Notes: generated by a model not told the origin, from the letters alone. A DNA stretch of 64,000 bases from Mageeibacillus sp. UBA6976 (GCA_002450155.1 DJYO01000032.1:74-64073); one strand, 5' to 3'; numbered from the stretch's first letter, positions 7,528 to 18,555 are shown. Translations and numbers: made by a program.

Positions 7528-10500
7528 TCAAACCTCAATAAATTGTCCGTATCTTACAAGGTAGATCAGCTTGCGGCTTACCTTCATGTTTGAAGCTTCG
7601 CAGGCAAGAGCATAACTCTCAAGCTGGAAAGCATGCCGCTTTGCTGCCTCTGCAGCCCTAAGTTCCTTATCAGGGAAGTCCGAGAGATCATCTGTCTTGT
7701 AATCCAGGATGACATATCCGTCATTATCCTTGTAGATAAGATCGATGATACCCTGGACCAGAGCAAAGCCGTCGCTTCCTTCTATTACTCCGGAATCTTC
7801 TGTTACAGGGGGCACTGCAAAGAGGATATGCTTCTCTGCAAATGCCTCGTCCCGTTCTTCTGCTTCCAATAGTTTTGCGGCTACATCACTTTCTGCGAAA
7901 AGGACTATCCCCTTCTCAAATTCAAGAGCAACCTTGACCGGATTCTCATCGCCATATTCCTTAAACAGGCCGGCATCTGTAAGTTCCCTTATCTCAGCTT
8001 CGAGCTGCTCGGGATGCTCCCTGATCCTGGCAAGATCTATAAAAGACATTATCCTGTGGAGGATCGTTCCCTTGGATGCGGCAGAGAGCCTGTCTCCTAT
8101 ACTCTCAAAATCTGAAGGAGGAGTGATCTCAAGATCCACATGAGGCGTTCTTTCTATCTTGCCTTCATTCCTCTCGAAAGATGTAACGGAGGTCTTGAAC
8201 GGAATACTTGTCTCGGAATCGTATTTATATTTCCCTGCCTTCAATTTACCTTTATCGTCAAACTGAACCAGTTCTATCAGAGGATCCATGCCCTTGTCTT
8301 CTATCTTCACGGTATCAGGCTTTGTCTCAACAGGATCACTTATCAGTACAAATTCAAATCCCTTATTCAGCACATTGCCTTTGCAGTCTTCATAATCAAC
8401 TTCATGCTCAACAGAAGTCTCATCAGATAACAGCCCTGTAAGGCAAAGACTGTTACTGGCTCTTGCTATACAGCTATAGAATGTGTAACTCATCTTTGTA
8501 TTCCCGAAGAGCCAGTATTCTCTGTCAAACTTCTCCCCCTTATAGTCAGAAGCCCTTGATATGGCATTTGCAAATGATTCGGGGATGAGATTGTCCTTGC
8601 TGCCATATCCATAAGCGGATACTACTGATAAAGCCTTCTCCGCTCTGGTGAGTGCAACATAGAGAAGTCTTTGTTTCTCCGCGTTGGATGCTATCTTCAG
8701 CTTGTCCTGATATACGACTTGCTCAAATGAAGGATGTCTTGCGATCTTATCGTAGTCATAGGCATCGATAATGAAACCGTCGTTCTTATCGAACATCAGC
8801 TGGGTAACACCATCTGTCTTATCATCCTTATCATCAAGAGCAAAGATAAGATACTTGAATTCCAGACCCTTACTCTTATGAACATTCATAACGGTTATCT
8901 TGTTCTTGTCATTATCCTTGATCTCGATATTGGCATCTGTCTTGATAACTACCTTCATCTCCTCAAGGCCGTCTGCTATGCCTGATATATCTGTTCCAAA
9001 CCTCTTGAAATTAGATGCGAGCCAGTCCTTAAGGAAATCAAGCTTGGAAGAGTCTCCTTCCTTTGCAGCGACTGTCGCCTTGATATTAGTCTCGGCAAAG
9101 ATAAGCTCGATTATTCCGTCGATATCCATGGTCATGCACTGGGAACGGATATCGTCATAGGAGTTAATAAAATCAGAAACCTTGATCTTGAGTTCTCCGT
9201 CAGGACCTGATGCCGCATACTGCTCAAGCCTTACCTTAAGAGGCGCTCTGAGATATTCAGAGTGCTTCTTATCGGCAAAGAATGCCTGCAGGCTGCCTAA
9301 TTCCTTGACCGAGAAATTGGATATGCTGTAATTAGAGAGCATAACGGATACCAGATAATCATCGCGAAGCTCATTGCCAAGACTTATTATAAAGTTGATC
9401 AGTCTATGGATATCAATATCCTCGAAGATGCTTGTTGTAGTCCTGCCTGCTGCCTTAAGCCCTCTGTCATTAAGATAATTGGTTATAGTCTCTGCCTTGC
9501 CCTTGGTGGTTGTAAGAACATAGATATCCTTAAGCTCTACGCCGTCCATCTCAAGATAATGTCTTACCTCAGACTCTACTCCGATACAAAGAGCCTTGGT
9601 CTCGGGCTTCATGTGTTCGTAGTCTTCTGCATCGTTTTTGCCGTCACCTGTGTCGCCGAAATAATTGCCTGCAGAATCTTCTATCTTGGAGTGATCTACC
9701 AAAACAACTCTGGGTATGGGACCGTTCTTAACTTTCTCCGGGTCTGATGGGATATTAAAGCGCTGTGTGCTGTCATATTCGATCTCTGAGCCCTTCTCGG
9801 TCATGGCCTGTTTAAAGATGAAGTTGACGAAGGATAAGATCTCCTCAGTGCTTCTGTGATTCTCTGTAAGCAGCAGGAGCTTACCCTTGGACGGGTCTTC
9901 TAACTGCTTCATCTTGCTGGCAAACATCTCCGGGTCTGCATGTCTGAACTTATAGATGCTCTGCTTGATGTCACCTACTCTGAAGATATTGCCCTCAGGT
10001 CTTGATATAAGCTCGATTATCTTGTCCTGAAGTCTGGTGTTGTCCTGGTATTCGTCGATAAAGATCTCATCGAATTTATCGCGGTAGAATGTTGCGGCTT
10101 CTTCCTGTTTTACTATGGCATGGGCAGCATGCTCCTGGTCATTGAAATCCATACCATGGATCAAAGCCTTGCTGCTTGCAAAGATCTCATCCATACGTCT
10201 GATTATACCTGCCAGCGCTCTGATAGCCCTGGTTCCGTCCTTCTGGGCCTGAAGCAGATTATCGGTATCAAGCTTAAGAAGGAGCCTGCATGAAGGCGGA
10301 AGCTCGTATCCGGTCTTCTTACCGCTACACTTATCTGCCCCGAAACTGAAGAGAGCATATAAGGGTTCGTAGATCTTATCCATAAGACCAATATCGAGAT
10401 CCTTGCTCCTGGAAATAGGCCCTATGCTGAAATCCTTAAGCTCACGCGCCCTTGCAACAGCCTTGATCTTATCCTGAATATCAGCATCGCTGTCACATAC

Positions 10501-11382
10501 GGATATAACACTGTCCAGGTAGTCTGAGATCCAGTCCAGGAGTTCGTCTGCCTCCCTTGCCTGATCGTAACCATCCCTATTCTTGTTAGTTTTGGTAGTA
10601 ATATAGTAACGGGGGTCAGCATAGTAGAAGTCTCTTGCGCCTCCTGCTCCGAATATCCCCTCTCTTATCTTCCTCAGATGATCTACAGTCATTGTAAGAG
10701 GAGACTCTTCGTCATCTGCATAGTGAAGCTCTCCCTTGCTGTCCCGTTCTTCTCTTATGGCAACAAATCTGTCAACCTCATCAAGATAGTCAGGGATACT
10801 CCTTAGAGTGTCGTAGCAGCTGTTAATAAAATCCAACAGAGAATTATCGCTTCTGCCGTCACCGAATCTGCGGGACAGATAAGAGAAATCATCCCCTTCT
10901 GTACTGTTAAATGCTGCTTCCTGAACTGCTAAGTCTGCAGCTGCGTGCTGAAGCAAGGCTCCTATGTTCTCATCAAGAACGATATTACCCGGCTCAAAAA
11001 GCTCTGCATCGTCTCCATCTGCGATGCAATACCCCTTCTCCTTGATAACTCTGGCACAGAAGCTGTCGAAGGTCTGGATATAGCAGCTTGGGAGAAGATC
11101 TATCTGGGCAGATAAAAGCCTTGCGACCTCCATATCGCCTCTTGTCTTGGCTTCCTCTGCTGCCTTCTTAAGACTTGCTTCCAGCTTCTCAAGCATATGA
11201 GCTGCAGCGTCAACAGTAAAAGTAACTACCAGCATACGGTCGATGGATAAACCCTTATTCAGGATCTCGTGGATTATCCGGCCTACCATCGAGGTCGTTT
11301 TTCCCGAACCTGCCGCAGCTGCTACAAGTATATTGTCCCTGTTGTTTTCAACTACATTCTTTTGTTCGTTCGTATATTCCAT
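7528..11382 (-). CDS. addA: ATP-dependent helicase/nuclease subunit A
   Basis: AAAGSGKT, DEYQD, VGDIKQSIYKFR, HKSKGLEF, LLYVALTRA, C-terminal GIIDL...ILDYKT nuclease motif. Confidence 0.92.
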   Translation of the reverse strand: MEYTNEQKNVVENNRDNILVAAAAGSGKTTSMVGRIIHEILNKGLSIDRMLVVTFTVDAAAHMLEKLEASLKKAAEEAKTRGDMEVARLLSAQIDLLPSCYIQTFDSFCARVIKEKGYCIADGDDAELFEPGNIVLDENIGALLQHAAADLAVQEAAFNSTEGDDFSYLSRRFGDGRSDNSLLDFINSCYDTLRSIPDYLDEVDRFVAIREERDSKGELHYADDEESPLTMTVDHLRKIREGIFGAGGARDFYYADPRYYITTKTNKNRDGYDQAREADELLDWISDYLDSVISVCDSDADIQDKIKAVARARELKDFSIGPISRSKDLDIGLMDKIYEPLYALFSFGADKCSGKKTGYELPPSCRLLLKLDTDNLLQAQKDGTRAIRALAGIIRRMDEIFASSKALIHGMDFNDQEHAAHAIVKQEEAATFYRDKFDEIFIDEYQDNTRLQDKIIELISRPEGNIFRVGDIKQSIYKFRHADPEMFASKMKQLEDPSKGKLLLLTENHRSTEEILSFVNFIFKQAMTEKGSEIEYDSTQRFNIPSDPEKVKNGPIPRVVLVDHSKIEDSAGNYFGDTGDGKNDAEDYEHMKPETKALCIGVESEVRHYLEMDGVELKDIYVLTTTKGKAETITNYLNDRGLKAAGRTTTSIFEDIDIHRLINFIISLGNELRDDYLVSVMLSNYSISNFSVKELGSLQAFFADKKHSEYLRAPLKVRLEQYAASGPDGELKIKVSDFINSYDDIRSQCMTMDIDGIIELIFAETNIKATVAAKEGDSSKLDFLKDWLASNFKRFGTDISGIADGLEEMKVVIKTDANIEIKDNDKNKITVMNVHKSKGLEFKYLIFALDDKDDKTDGVTQLMFDKNDGFIIDAYDYDKIARHPSFEQVVYQDKLKIASNAEKQRLLYVALTRAEKALSVVSAYGYGSKDNLIPESFANAISRASDYKGEKFDREYWLFGNTKMSYTFYSCIARASNSLCLTGLLSDETSVEHEVDYEDCKGNVLNKGFEFVLISDPVETKPDTVKIEDKGMDPLIELVQFDDKGKLKAGKYKYDSETSIPFKTSVTSFERNEGKIERTPHVDLEITPPSDFESIGDRLSAASKGTILHRIMSFIDLARIREHPEQLEAEIRELTDAGLFKEYGDENPVKVALEFEKGIVLFAESDVAAKLLEAEERDEAFAEKHILFAVPPVTEDSGVIEGSDGFALVQGIIDLIYKDNDGYVILDYKTDDLSDFPDKELRAAEAAKRHAFQLESYALACEASNMKVSRKLIYLVRYGQFIEV

Positions 11383-11383
11383 G

Positions 11384-14300
11384 TTATTTTTCCCCGCTTA
11401 ACTTCTTCCTCATATAAATGAATGCACCGGCCTCGTCCTTCTTAAACGAACGGTTATAAGGAGCATAATCAGAAGCTTTGATATCATCCCTTTTGGCATC
11501 AGCTTCCTTGATCTCCTCGGAATAGTCAGGAGCTTTCTTAAACTTCGGATTTGAAGGAATATTGCCACATGTTCCAGCAAACGGACAGTAAGAACAGGTC
11601 CTGTTCTTGGGTACTGCGGTAACAGCCTGGGCCTTGCCTTCGATTATATCTGCAACGCCATCCTTGACCATCTTGTCTGCATAAGCCATAGCAGTCTTGA
11701 TCTGCGCGGGTGAATACCCGGCATTATTAGGTCTGCACTTAAGTTCCTCACCATCCGGGGGAGTCTTGATACCCAACAGGGAATATCCGTAATCATCGAC
11801 TTCTGAACCATTGATCCCGAGTTTCAGAGCGTATGAATAAAGAGGGAGCTGTATCTGTATTCCGGCAAGCAGATCCTTGATATTAACCTTCTTATCACCG
11901 GTCTTATAGTCTTGTATCCTCAAGTGCTTGACGCCATCAATGTCCTTCGAGTCAAATCTGTCGATAAAACCTCTAAAGAGGATCTCTTTGCCATCTGATA
12001 CAAAGTTAAGGTCTGTGAGAGGCAGTGGCGAATCAGGATCTCCTATCCTCTGCTCAAAGCCTGTAGGCAGATAACCGCTCTCTATGCATTCTGACAGGAT
12101 ATCACCTATCATTACATCCGCCATACGCCTGATCTTTACTCCTCTGTTAGTATCAAACTCACGGGTAGCCTCAGTCTTATCTGCATTCATAGTGCCGGGA
12201 ATATCCGCGTCTTTCAAAGAGAAGAGATATCCTTCTGCTATGATCTCACGCCTGTCTTCCTCGGAATCTATTATCTTCCTGGCGTTCTTCTCGAATTCTT
12301 CAAAACTGCAGCCTTCGGGCGCCAGCTTACTAACCACATATTGGAATACCGCATGAGCGAAAGTACCGAAGTCTGATACTGCCGGCTTAGTGTGATCCTC
12401 TCTCTCATCGATCTTAAGCATCTTCCTTAACATGTAGCTGAAAGGACAGGTATAGTAACTCTCGATAGCGGACACGCTGGTATTAAGGCCTGCTGTCTGG
12501 ACCTTACTACCGTCTTCTTTCTCTGTGGTAAAGACAAGGAGCTTATCCATATCGGCCTTGTCTATAGATGCAGTGGCATAGTTGTGAATGGACTTGACTG
12601 CAACGCCGATACTAGGATTGGTAAAGGTGTTTACGGGGACCTTACCGGGGGTTACAAACCTCAGAAGATGCTCATATACCCTGCTGTATGCCTTGCCGAA
12701 CTCACTGCACATATAGATGATATCGCTTACGCAGCCTAACATCTGGCAGCAGGATACAAACTCTTCGCGGTTCTTAAGCTCTGATTTGTCAGGCAGCTTA
12801 ATAGACTCGCTGGAATCTGACAGTCTCTTAAGCTCATTGCGGCTCAGGAGTCCTTCGTTATAGCGCTTATAAGGGAAGTTATCCCTTGTAGCTCCCAATA
12901 TGAACATAACCTTACATGGTGTTGTAAAGGCATGTTCCGGCGTTGTAATCTCAATGGAATCCACCTTAAGCGGGATGGTGCCCTCGATCTGATTCCTCAT
13001 GTCTATCCTTATAAGAGATAAAAAGGCCTTCTGGGTGATCGCCACATCGTTCATCTCGTGTCTGAAAGCTGTAAGCAGGCTTACCATCTCCTGATATCCG
13101 CTCTTAAGAGCGACAGACTCAGAATGATCCTTCTTGTCATCTAATTCCTCGATAAGTGCCTTGATATATGCCTGCCTGTCCTCGCCTCCGAGATAGTCCA
13201 GCAACAGATCTGCCTTGGATGCTATGGTGGGAGCATCATTAACGTCCTCGCAGATCTGCCTTAGTTCCAGAAGTTTCGGGAGGACTTTAGCTGCAAAGAA
13301 CTCCCCTGCCGGTACCATATAACCGCCGTCATCAGCTATTCTTATCTTATTGTTAGCCTCCCCGTGGTAATTAGCTTCATTAAAGATCCTGCTGCCATCT
13401 GTAAGACACATTGCCACACAGTAATTATCGAAGCCGTCAGCTATACGGGGAGATATATTGAGCATACCGCAGCGCATTGCCTTAAGGAGCAGATCCAAGG
13501 GATAGCCACGCATGGGCAATTCCAGGATAAGCCTGATGAACAATGGAACAATGGTTCCTGCGAGCTCTATCTTCTTATCTACAAAGATCTCAAGACCGTA
13601 TTTCCTGGAGCAGCTCCTGAGCCTGCCTACCAGTTCCTCGTCGCAGCAGACAACTCTTATATCCTTATATCGGTATGCATTATCGCCACGGGTGAGATTG
13701 ATTATCTCGTTGAACATATAGCAGATACGGTCGTCAACACCTGCAAATTCAGCAAGCTTAATATTGGCATCAGCGTTTATACCCTTAAGATCAGTATCAA
13801 ATGCAAAGGACTCCACTATCCTCCGAAGGTCCTCTGAAGTATCAGGCTTATATTCGAAGACCGATTCCACGGCACCCTCCTCAAGGAGCCTGTCTGCAAA
13901 CTCGCTTCCGCATTTATAGAAAGGAGATGTCTGATCTGTCCTGGGATCACCAGTGGATAGAGGATAGAAATCAAGAACTGCTCCAAGTCTGGAGAGATTC
14001 TTGACCAGGCGCAGCTCCTGAGGTGTAAAGAGTCTGTTGTTGCCAAACCCGATAAATACATATCTTGCCTTAAGATACTGCCTGATCTGCCTGTATCTTC
14101 TGGATTTAAGGATACCGGGATCTGAAATTATCTCACCTGTTATATCTGCTGCAACAGCTATGGGGTCTGTCAGGAGCAGGAGTCCATATTCGGAATTGAT
14201 ATTCTCGATCTCGCTCATAAGGAGCCTGATATCCTGGAGTTTCTTGGTATATTCATCCGGTTCATCCGGCGAGGCAGAAGCCTTGATCGCTTCATCCAGT

Positions 14301-14758
14301 TCCTTGATACCTATGCCGTAACGGGAGAAATCTCCCATGAGAGCGATTATGGAATTAATATATTCAAACCTGTTCGCGAGTTTACCGAAGGTCTTAAATT
14401 CCCCCTTACGCCTAACAAAAGAAGCATATATCGCATTGCGGAGGATTATATCGCTGCCGCTTCCGGCAACGGACCTGCCACAGCAATCCAGCAGGCATCC
14501 AGCAAGCCTGTGAAAACTGAGGATATCTCCGTTTGTAAGAGACGATATAACTGTAATACCACCGCTTGTAACTCTGGAGTCCGGTTCCTCAGAGGATCGG
14601 TATTCTATAACCTCTCTCTCGATCTGAGCCTTGGCAAACTCGGGAACGATAAAGATAAGATCCCTGTTATCTGATGCACATTCACTGAAAGCCTGTTGGA
14701 TAATGCCACGTGTAATACAGCCAATGCCGCTGTAGCGATGAATATTGATCATAAGCAA
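11384..14758 (-). CDS. addB: ATP-dependent helicase/nuclease subunit B (PD-(D/E)xK nuclease, Fe-S)
   Basis: SVSAIESYYTCPF, FRGFIDRFD, IQDYKTG, QIQLPLY, CSYCPFAGTC; directly upstream of addA. Confidence 0.88.
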   Translation of the reverse strand: MLMINIHRYSGIGCITRGIIQQAFSECASDNRDLIFIVPEFAKAQIEREVIEYRSSEEPDSRVTSGGITVISSLTNGDILSFHRLAGCLLDCCGRSVAGSGSDIILRNAIYASFVRRKGEFKTFGKLANRFEYINSIIALMGDFSRYGIGIKELDEAIKASASPDEPDEYTKKLQDIRLLMSEIENINSEYGLLLLTDPIAVAADITGEIISDPGILKSRRYRQIRQYLKARYVFIGFGNNRLFTPQELRLVKNLSRLGAVLDFYPLSTGDPRTDQTSPFYKCGSEFADRLLEEGAVESVFEYKPDTSEDLRRIVESFAFDTDLKGINADANIKLAEFAGVDDRICYMFNEIINLTRGDNAYRYKDIRVVCCDEELVGRLRSCSRKYGLEIFVDKKIELAGTIVPLFIRLILELPMRGYPLDLLLKAMRCGMLNISPRIADGFDNYCVAMCLTDGSRIFNEANYHGEANNKIRIADDGGYMVPAGEFFAAKVLPKLLELRQICEDVNDAPTIASKADLLLDYLGGEDRQAYIKALIEELDDKKDHSESVALKSGYQEMVSLLTAFRHEMNDVAITQKAFLSLIRIDMRNQIEGTIPLKVDSIEITTPEHAFTTPCKVMFILGATRDNFPYKRYNEGLLSRNELKRLSDSSESIKLPDKSELKNREEFVSCCQMLGCVSDIIYMCSEFGKAYSRVYEHLLRFVTPGKVPVNTFTNPSIGVAVKSIHNYATASIDKADMDKLLVFTTEKEDGSKVQTAGLNTSVSAIESYYTCPFSYMLRKMLKIDEREDHTKPAVSDFGTFAHAVFQYVVSKLAPEGCSFEEFEKNARKIIDSEEDRREIIAEGYLFSLKDADIPGTMNADKTEATREFDTNRGVKIRRMADVMIGDILSECIESGYLPTGFEQRIGDPDSPLPLTDLNFVSDGKEILFRGFIDRFDSKDIDGVKHLRIQDYKTGDKKVNIKDLLAGIQIQLPLYSYALKLGINGSEVDDYGYSLLGIKTPPDGEELKCRPNNAGYSPAQIKTAMAYADKMVKDGVADIIEGKAQAVTAVPKNRTCSYCPFAGTCGNIPSNPKFKKAPDYSEEIKEADAKRDDIKASDYAPYNRSFKKDEAGAFIYMRKKLSGEK

Positions 14759-15008
14759 AACACCTCAATAAAGATATTGTAATGCACATTAGAAATATTT
14801 CTATATTTTCTTCTAGAAGTTAACAGTGATATGACCTAATATTAGTTCACTTAAAGATCTACAGGATATCCTGTTTCAAAATCCTGCATGATCATTCATC
14901 CTGTTCCGGATATAACCTTGGGTTTGTATTGCATTTTTGAATATAATTTGGGGTACATTTAATCTTCCGTGTATAATTGCTTTATATCTATTTTTTACGG
15001 AGTTATCT

Positions 15009-16661
15009 ATGTCTCTTAAAAATCTCTTCAGGCATATCTCTGCCTTGCTCATAATAGCTCTATTGCTCGGCCTGTTTTCCGTTCCTTCTTTTGCAGAGAG
15101 CAGCGATATATCCCTAAGTGGCACATGCCATGTTCAAAATATCGGCGATACGAAGGGAGAGTGGGACGAAGACTCCGGCACTCTTACCCTGGGCACCCGG
15201 GGCAGGTCATTAAGAGTAGAAGCCGTTAGCATTAACCTTAATAACCAGACCGGTATCGAAGGCTCCATAAGATACAGAGTACACATACAAAACATCGGCT
15301 GGCAGGAACCAAGGAATAACGGGACTGAAGCAGGAACAAGAGGACGGGCGCTGAGACTTGAAGGCATCAGAATAGAGCTTACGGGAGAACTTGCCAAGTA
15401 CTATACGGTGGAATATGCAGTTCATATACAAGACTATGGCGACGCCCAGGGTTTTGTATCTGACGGTGCTCTGGCAGGAACCACAGGAGAATCCAAGAGG
15501 CTGGAGGAATTAAAGATAAGGATCATCCCCCGGGGCAGCGGTAACGATACATCCGTAAAGTACAGGGTCCACAGACAGGACCTGGGCTGGGAGACTTCCT
15601 GGAAAGCTGACGGCGATCTGTCTGGAACGACAGGTCAGGCAAAAAGGCTTGAAGGCATAGAGATCCACCTGGCTGGCAATCAATACGAAGGCGGCATTAC
15701 ATACAAGACTCATATCCAGAACATAGGCTGGGAATCAACCTGGCAGTCTGACGGCGGCATGAGCGGCACCCAGGGCCAAAGCTTAAGACTGGAAGCAATA
15801 GAGATCATGCTGACGGGAGAAATAGCCGGCCATTACGATGTCTATTACAGGGTCCATGCCCAGGATTACGGCTGGCTGGGCTGGGCAAAGAACGGCGAGA
15901 TGAGCGGAACTTCAGGAGAGAGCAAAAGACTTGAAGCGATACAGATAGTTCTGGTCCCCAAAGGAGAACCTACTCCCGGCGATATTCTCGGTATTAAGAG
16001 CACAATAGACCTCCCTGTACCTCCAAAGGGCCTTTCACCTCAATGGGTGCGGGATCTGCCCGAAGCAAAGAATAAAGATGTGACAGAGCTTGTTATCGTA
16101 TCCTGCAGCGGGATGAACAGCTCAGACTGCACGGTATCCTTACATATAAGAGACAATAACGGCTATTGGATCTGTCTTCTTGAGACGCCGGGCTATGTAG
16201 GAAGATACGGCCTTATAGATCCTGATATCCGGGTAGAGGGCTGCAAGAGGACTCCTACCGGGACCTACAGATTTACTATGGCCTTCGGCATAGCATCTGA
16301 CCCGGGAAGCGCACTTCCTTACACCAAAGTTACGAGCGACCTTTACTGGTCTGGTGACGGAAGGCCCGGCTGGCACTATAACGAGATGGTAAGCATCAAG
16401 GATTACCCGGGGCTTAATACATCAAACAGCGAGCATCTTATCAACTACACCAAGGCATATCAGTATTGCCTTAATATCGGATTCAATGAGGAGGGTATCT
16501 CCCCCAGGGGCTCTGCTATCTTCCTGCACTGCTTTGGAAACAACCGCTACACCTCGGGGTGCGTTGCAGTATCAAAGGATTCAATGATAAAGATCCTGCA
16601 GACTGCAGGACCTCATAGCCTTATCGTTATAAATACAGCTGAAGCTCTGGGAGCTACCTGA
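15009..16661 (+). CDS. secreted protein with ChW (clostridial hydrophobic W) repeats and a C-terminal L,D-transpeptidase (YkuD-like) domain
   Basis: Start reassigned to ATG 15009 (GGAG RBS, signal peptide MSLKNLFRHISALLIIALLLGLFSVPSFA). Repeated HxQxxGW / RLE(G/A)IxI motifs; IFLHC...TSGCVAV catalytic motif. Confidence 0.85.
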   Translation: MSLKNLFRHISALLIIALLLGLFSVPSFAESSDISLSGTCHVQNIGDTKGEWDEDSGTLTLGTRGRSLRVEAVSINLNNQTGIEGSIRYRVHIQNIGWQEPRNNGTEAGTRGRALRLEGIRIELTGELAKYYTVEYAVHIQDYGDAQGFVSDGALAGTTGESKRLEELKIRIIPRGSGNDTSVKYRVHRQDLGWETSWKADGDLSGTTGQAKRLEGIEIHLAGNQYEGGITYKTHIQNIGWESTWQSDGGMSGTQGQSLRLEAIEIMLTGEIAGHYDVYYRVHAQDYGWLGWAKNGEMSGTSGESKRLEAIQIVLVPKGEPTPGDILGIKSTIDLPVPPKGLSPQWVRDLPEAKNKDVTELVIVSCSGMNSSDCTVSLHIRDNNGYWICLLETPGYVGRYGLIDPDIRVEGCKRTPTGTYRFTMAFGIASDPGSALPYTKVTSDLYWSGDGRPGWHYNEMVSIKDYPGLNTSNSEHLINYTKAYQYCLNIGFNEEGISPRGSAIFLHCFGNNRYTSGCVAVSKDSMIKILQTAGPHSLIVINTAEALGAT

Positions 16662-18555
16662 TCTTGCGCATACAGCGCATGGCATTGATTATCGCGATTA
16701 TCAGGACACCCACATCGCCGAATACAGCAAGCCACATGTTGGCAATACCTAATGCGCCGAGGATAAGGATTATGGCTTTGACGCCCAGCGCGAAAACGAT
16801 ATTCTCCCATACTATCCTCATGGTCTTGCGCGAGATCCTGATGGCATCTGCTATCTTGGAAGGCTTGTCATCCATAAGGACGATATCAGCTGATTCGATG
16901 GCTGCATCCGAACCCATGGCGCCCATGGCAATGCCGCAGTCTGCACGCATAAGTACAGGCGCATCGTTAATGCCGTCTCCTACAAATGCCAGTTTGCCTG
17001 AAGCTTCATTAAGGAGCTTCTCTACCTTGTCGACCTTGTCCTGAGGAAGGAGCTCGGCAAAGTAGCCCGTTAGACCGAGTCTGGAAGCTACGGCTGATGC
17101 TACGCCCTCCTTATCGCCGGTGAGCATTATAAGATTCTTAACACCTAGAGACATAAGGTTCTTGATGGCAGACTCCGAATCCTCCTTGATCTGATCGTTG
17201 ATAACAATATGACCAAGATACTCTGCTCCCGAAGAGGTTTCTCTTGCTATATGGATGATGGTTCCTGTCAGGTGGCAATCGTGCCAGTCGGCTTTGCACA
17301 CATCCATAAGCTGACCGTTGCCGCAATAGTATGTTATGCCGTTAACATCAGCCTTAACGCCCTTGCCTGCTATCTCAGAGACATTGGAGATACTGTCTTT
17401 TGCTATATGGCCTTCGTGAGCTCTTACGATAGACTGGGCAACCGGATGGCTTGAATAGCTCTCACAGGCCGCAGCAATATCAAGGAGTTCAGCCTTATCT
17501 ATAAGGTTTGGATGTATATCATCTACCGCAAAAACACCCTTTGTAAGTGTACCTGTCTTATCGAATACAACAGTATCTACCTTGGATAAGACTTCCATAT
17601 AGCCTGCGCCCTTTATGAGGATACCATCCTTTGAAGCTCCCCCTATTCCGCCAAAGAATGACAAAGGAACGGATACTACCAACGCGCAGGGGCATGATAC
17701 GACAAGGAAGATACAGGCTCTGTTAAGCCATGTGGACCAAACAGGCCAGCTTGTAATACCTGTTATGACAGGCGGGATTATCGCAAGGAGCAATGCGCCT
17801 ATTACAACGCAAGGCGTATACCACCTGGCAAATTTGCTTATGAAATTCTCTACCTTGGCTTTCTTGTCCGAAGCATTCTGGACTAATTCCAGGATCTTAG
17901 ATACTGTGCTCTCGCCGAATGTAGAAGTTGTCCTGCACTTTATGACACCGGTAAGGTTTAAAGTACCGGATATTACTGTATCACTTACTCCGCAATTGAC
18001 AGGCGCAGATTCTCCCGTCAACGCTGCCTGGTTTACCGAAGTATCTCCCTCGAGGATCACACCGTCCAAAGGTATCTTCTCTCCGGGATTTACTACTATC
18101 GTCTCACCAACCGAGACTTCATCAGGAGATACAGTTACCTGCTGACCATCTCTTATTACATTTGCCGAGTCAGGTCTTATATCCATTAATTTGGCTATGG
18201 ATTTACGCGACCTTCCTACAGCAATACTCTGGAACAGCTCACCCACCTGATAGAAGAGCATGACCGCAGATGCTTCCGGATACTCACCTGTTCCGAAAGC
18301 ACCTACAGTAGCTATCATCATGAGAAACTTCTCGTCAAAGAACTGTCCGTGACATATGTTTATAATAGCTGTCCTGAGCACATCATATCCCGATACGATA
18401 TACGGTATCAGAAAGAGGATAAGCTCAAGATACCACGGCATTTCGAAAAGGTGCTCCAAGACCATAAATACCGCGAGCATAACGGCTGCGATGATTATGC
18501 GCCAGAGCATCTTCTTCTGTTTGCGTGTCAGATTAAACTTCATATTTTTTAACAA
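16654..18555 (-). CDS. cadA: heavy-metal (Cd/Zn) P1B-type ATPase
   Basis: TGES, VVSCPCAL, DKTGTLT, VGDGINDAP; alternative start ATG 18543. Confidence 0.93.
   Translation of the reverse strand: MLKNMKFNLTRKQKKMLWRIIIAAVMLAVFMVLEHLFEMPWYLELILFLIPYIVSGYDVLRTAIINICHGQFFDEKFLMMIATVGAFGTGEYPEASAVMLFYQVGELFQSIAVGRSRKSIAKLMDIRPDSANVIRDGQQVTVSPDEVSVGETIVVNPGEKIPLDGVILEGDTSVNQAALTGESAPVNCGVSDTVISGTLNLTGVIKCRTTSTFGESTVSKILELVQNASDKKAKVENFISKFARWYTPCVVIGALLLAIIPPVITGITSWPVWSTWLNRACIFLVVSCPCALVVSVPLSFFGGIGGASKDGILIKGAGYMEVLSKVDTVVFDKTGTLTKGVFAVDDIHPNLIDKAELLDIAAACESYSSHPVAQSIVRAHEGHIAKDSISNVSEIAGKGVKADVNGITYYCGNGQLMDVCKADWHDCHLTGTIIHIARETSSGAEYLGHIVINDQIKEDSESAIKNLMSLGVKNLIMLTGDKEGVASAVASRLGLTGYFAELLPQDKVDKVEKLLNEASGKLAFVGDGINDAPVLMRADCGIAMGAMGSDAAIESADIVLMDDKPSKIADAIRISRKTMRIVWENIVFALGVKAIILILGALGIANMWLAVFGDVGVLIIAIINAMRCMRKIR

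Noticed and set aside
14937-15008. N-terminal extension of the ChW ORF
   Set aside because: Lies in the promoter region; the signal peptide and RBS begin at 15009.
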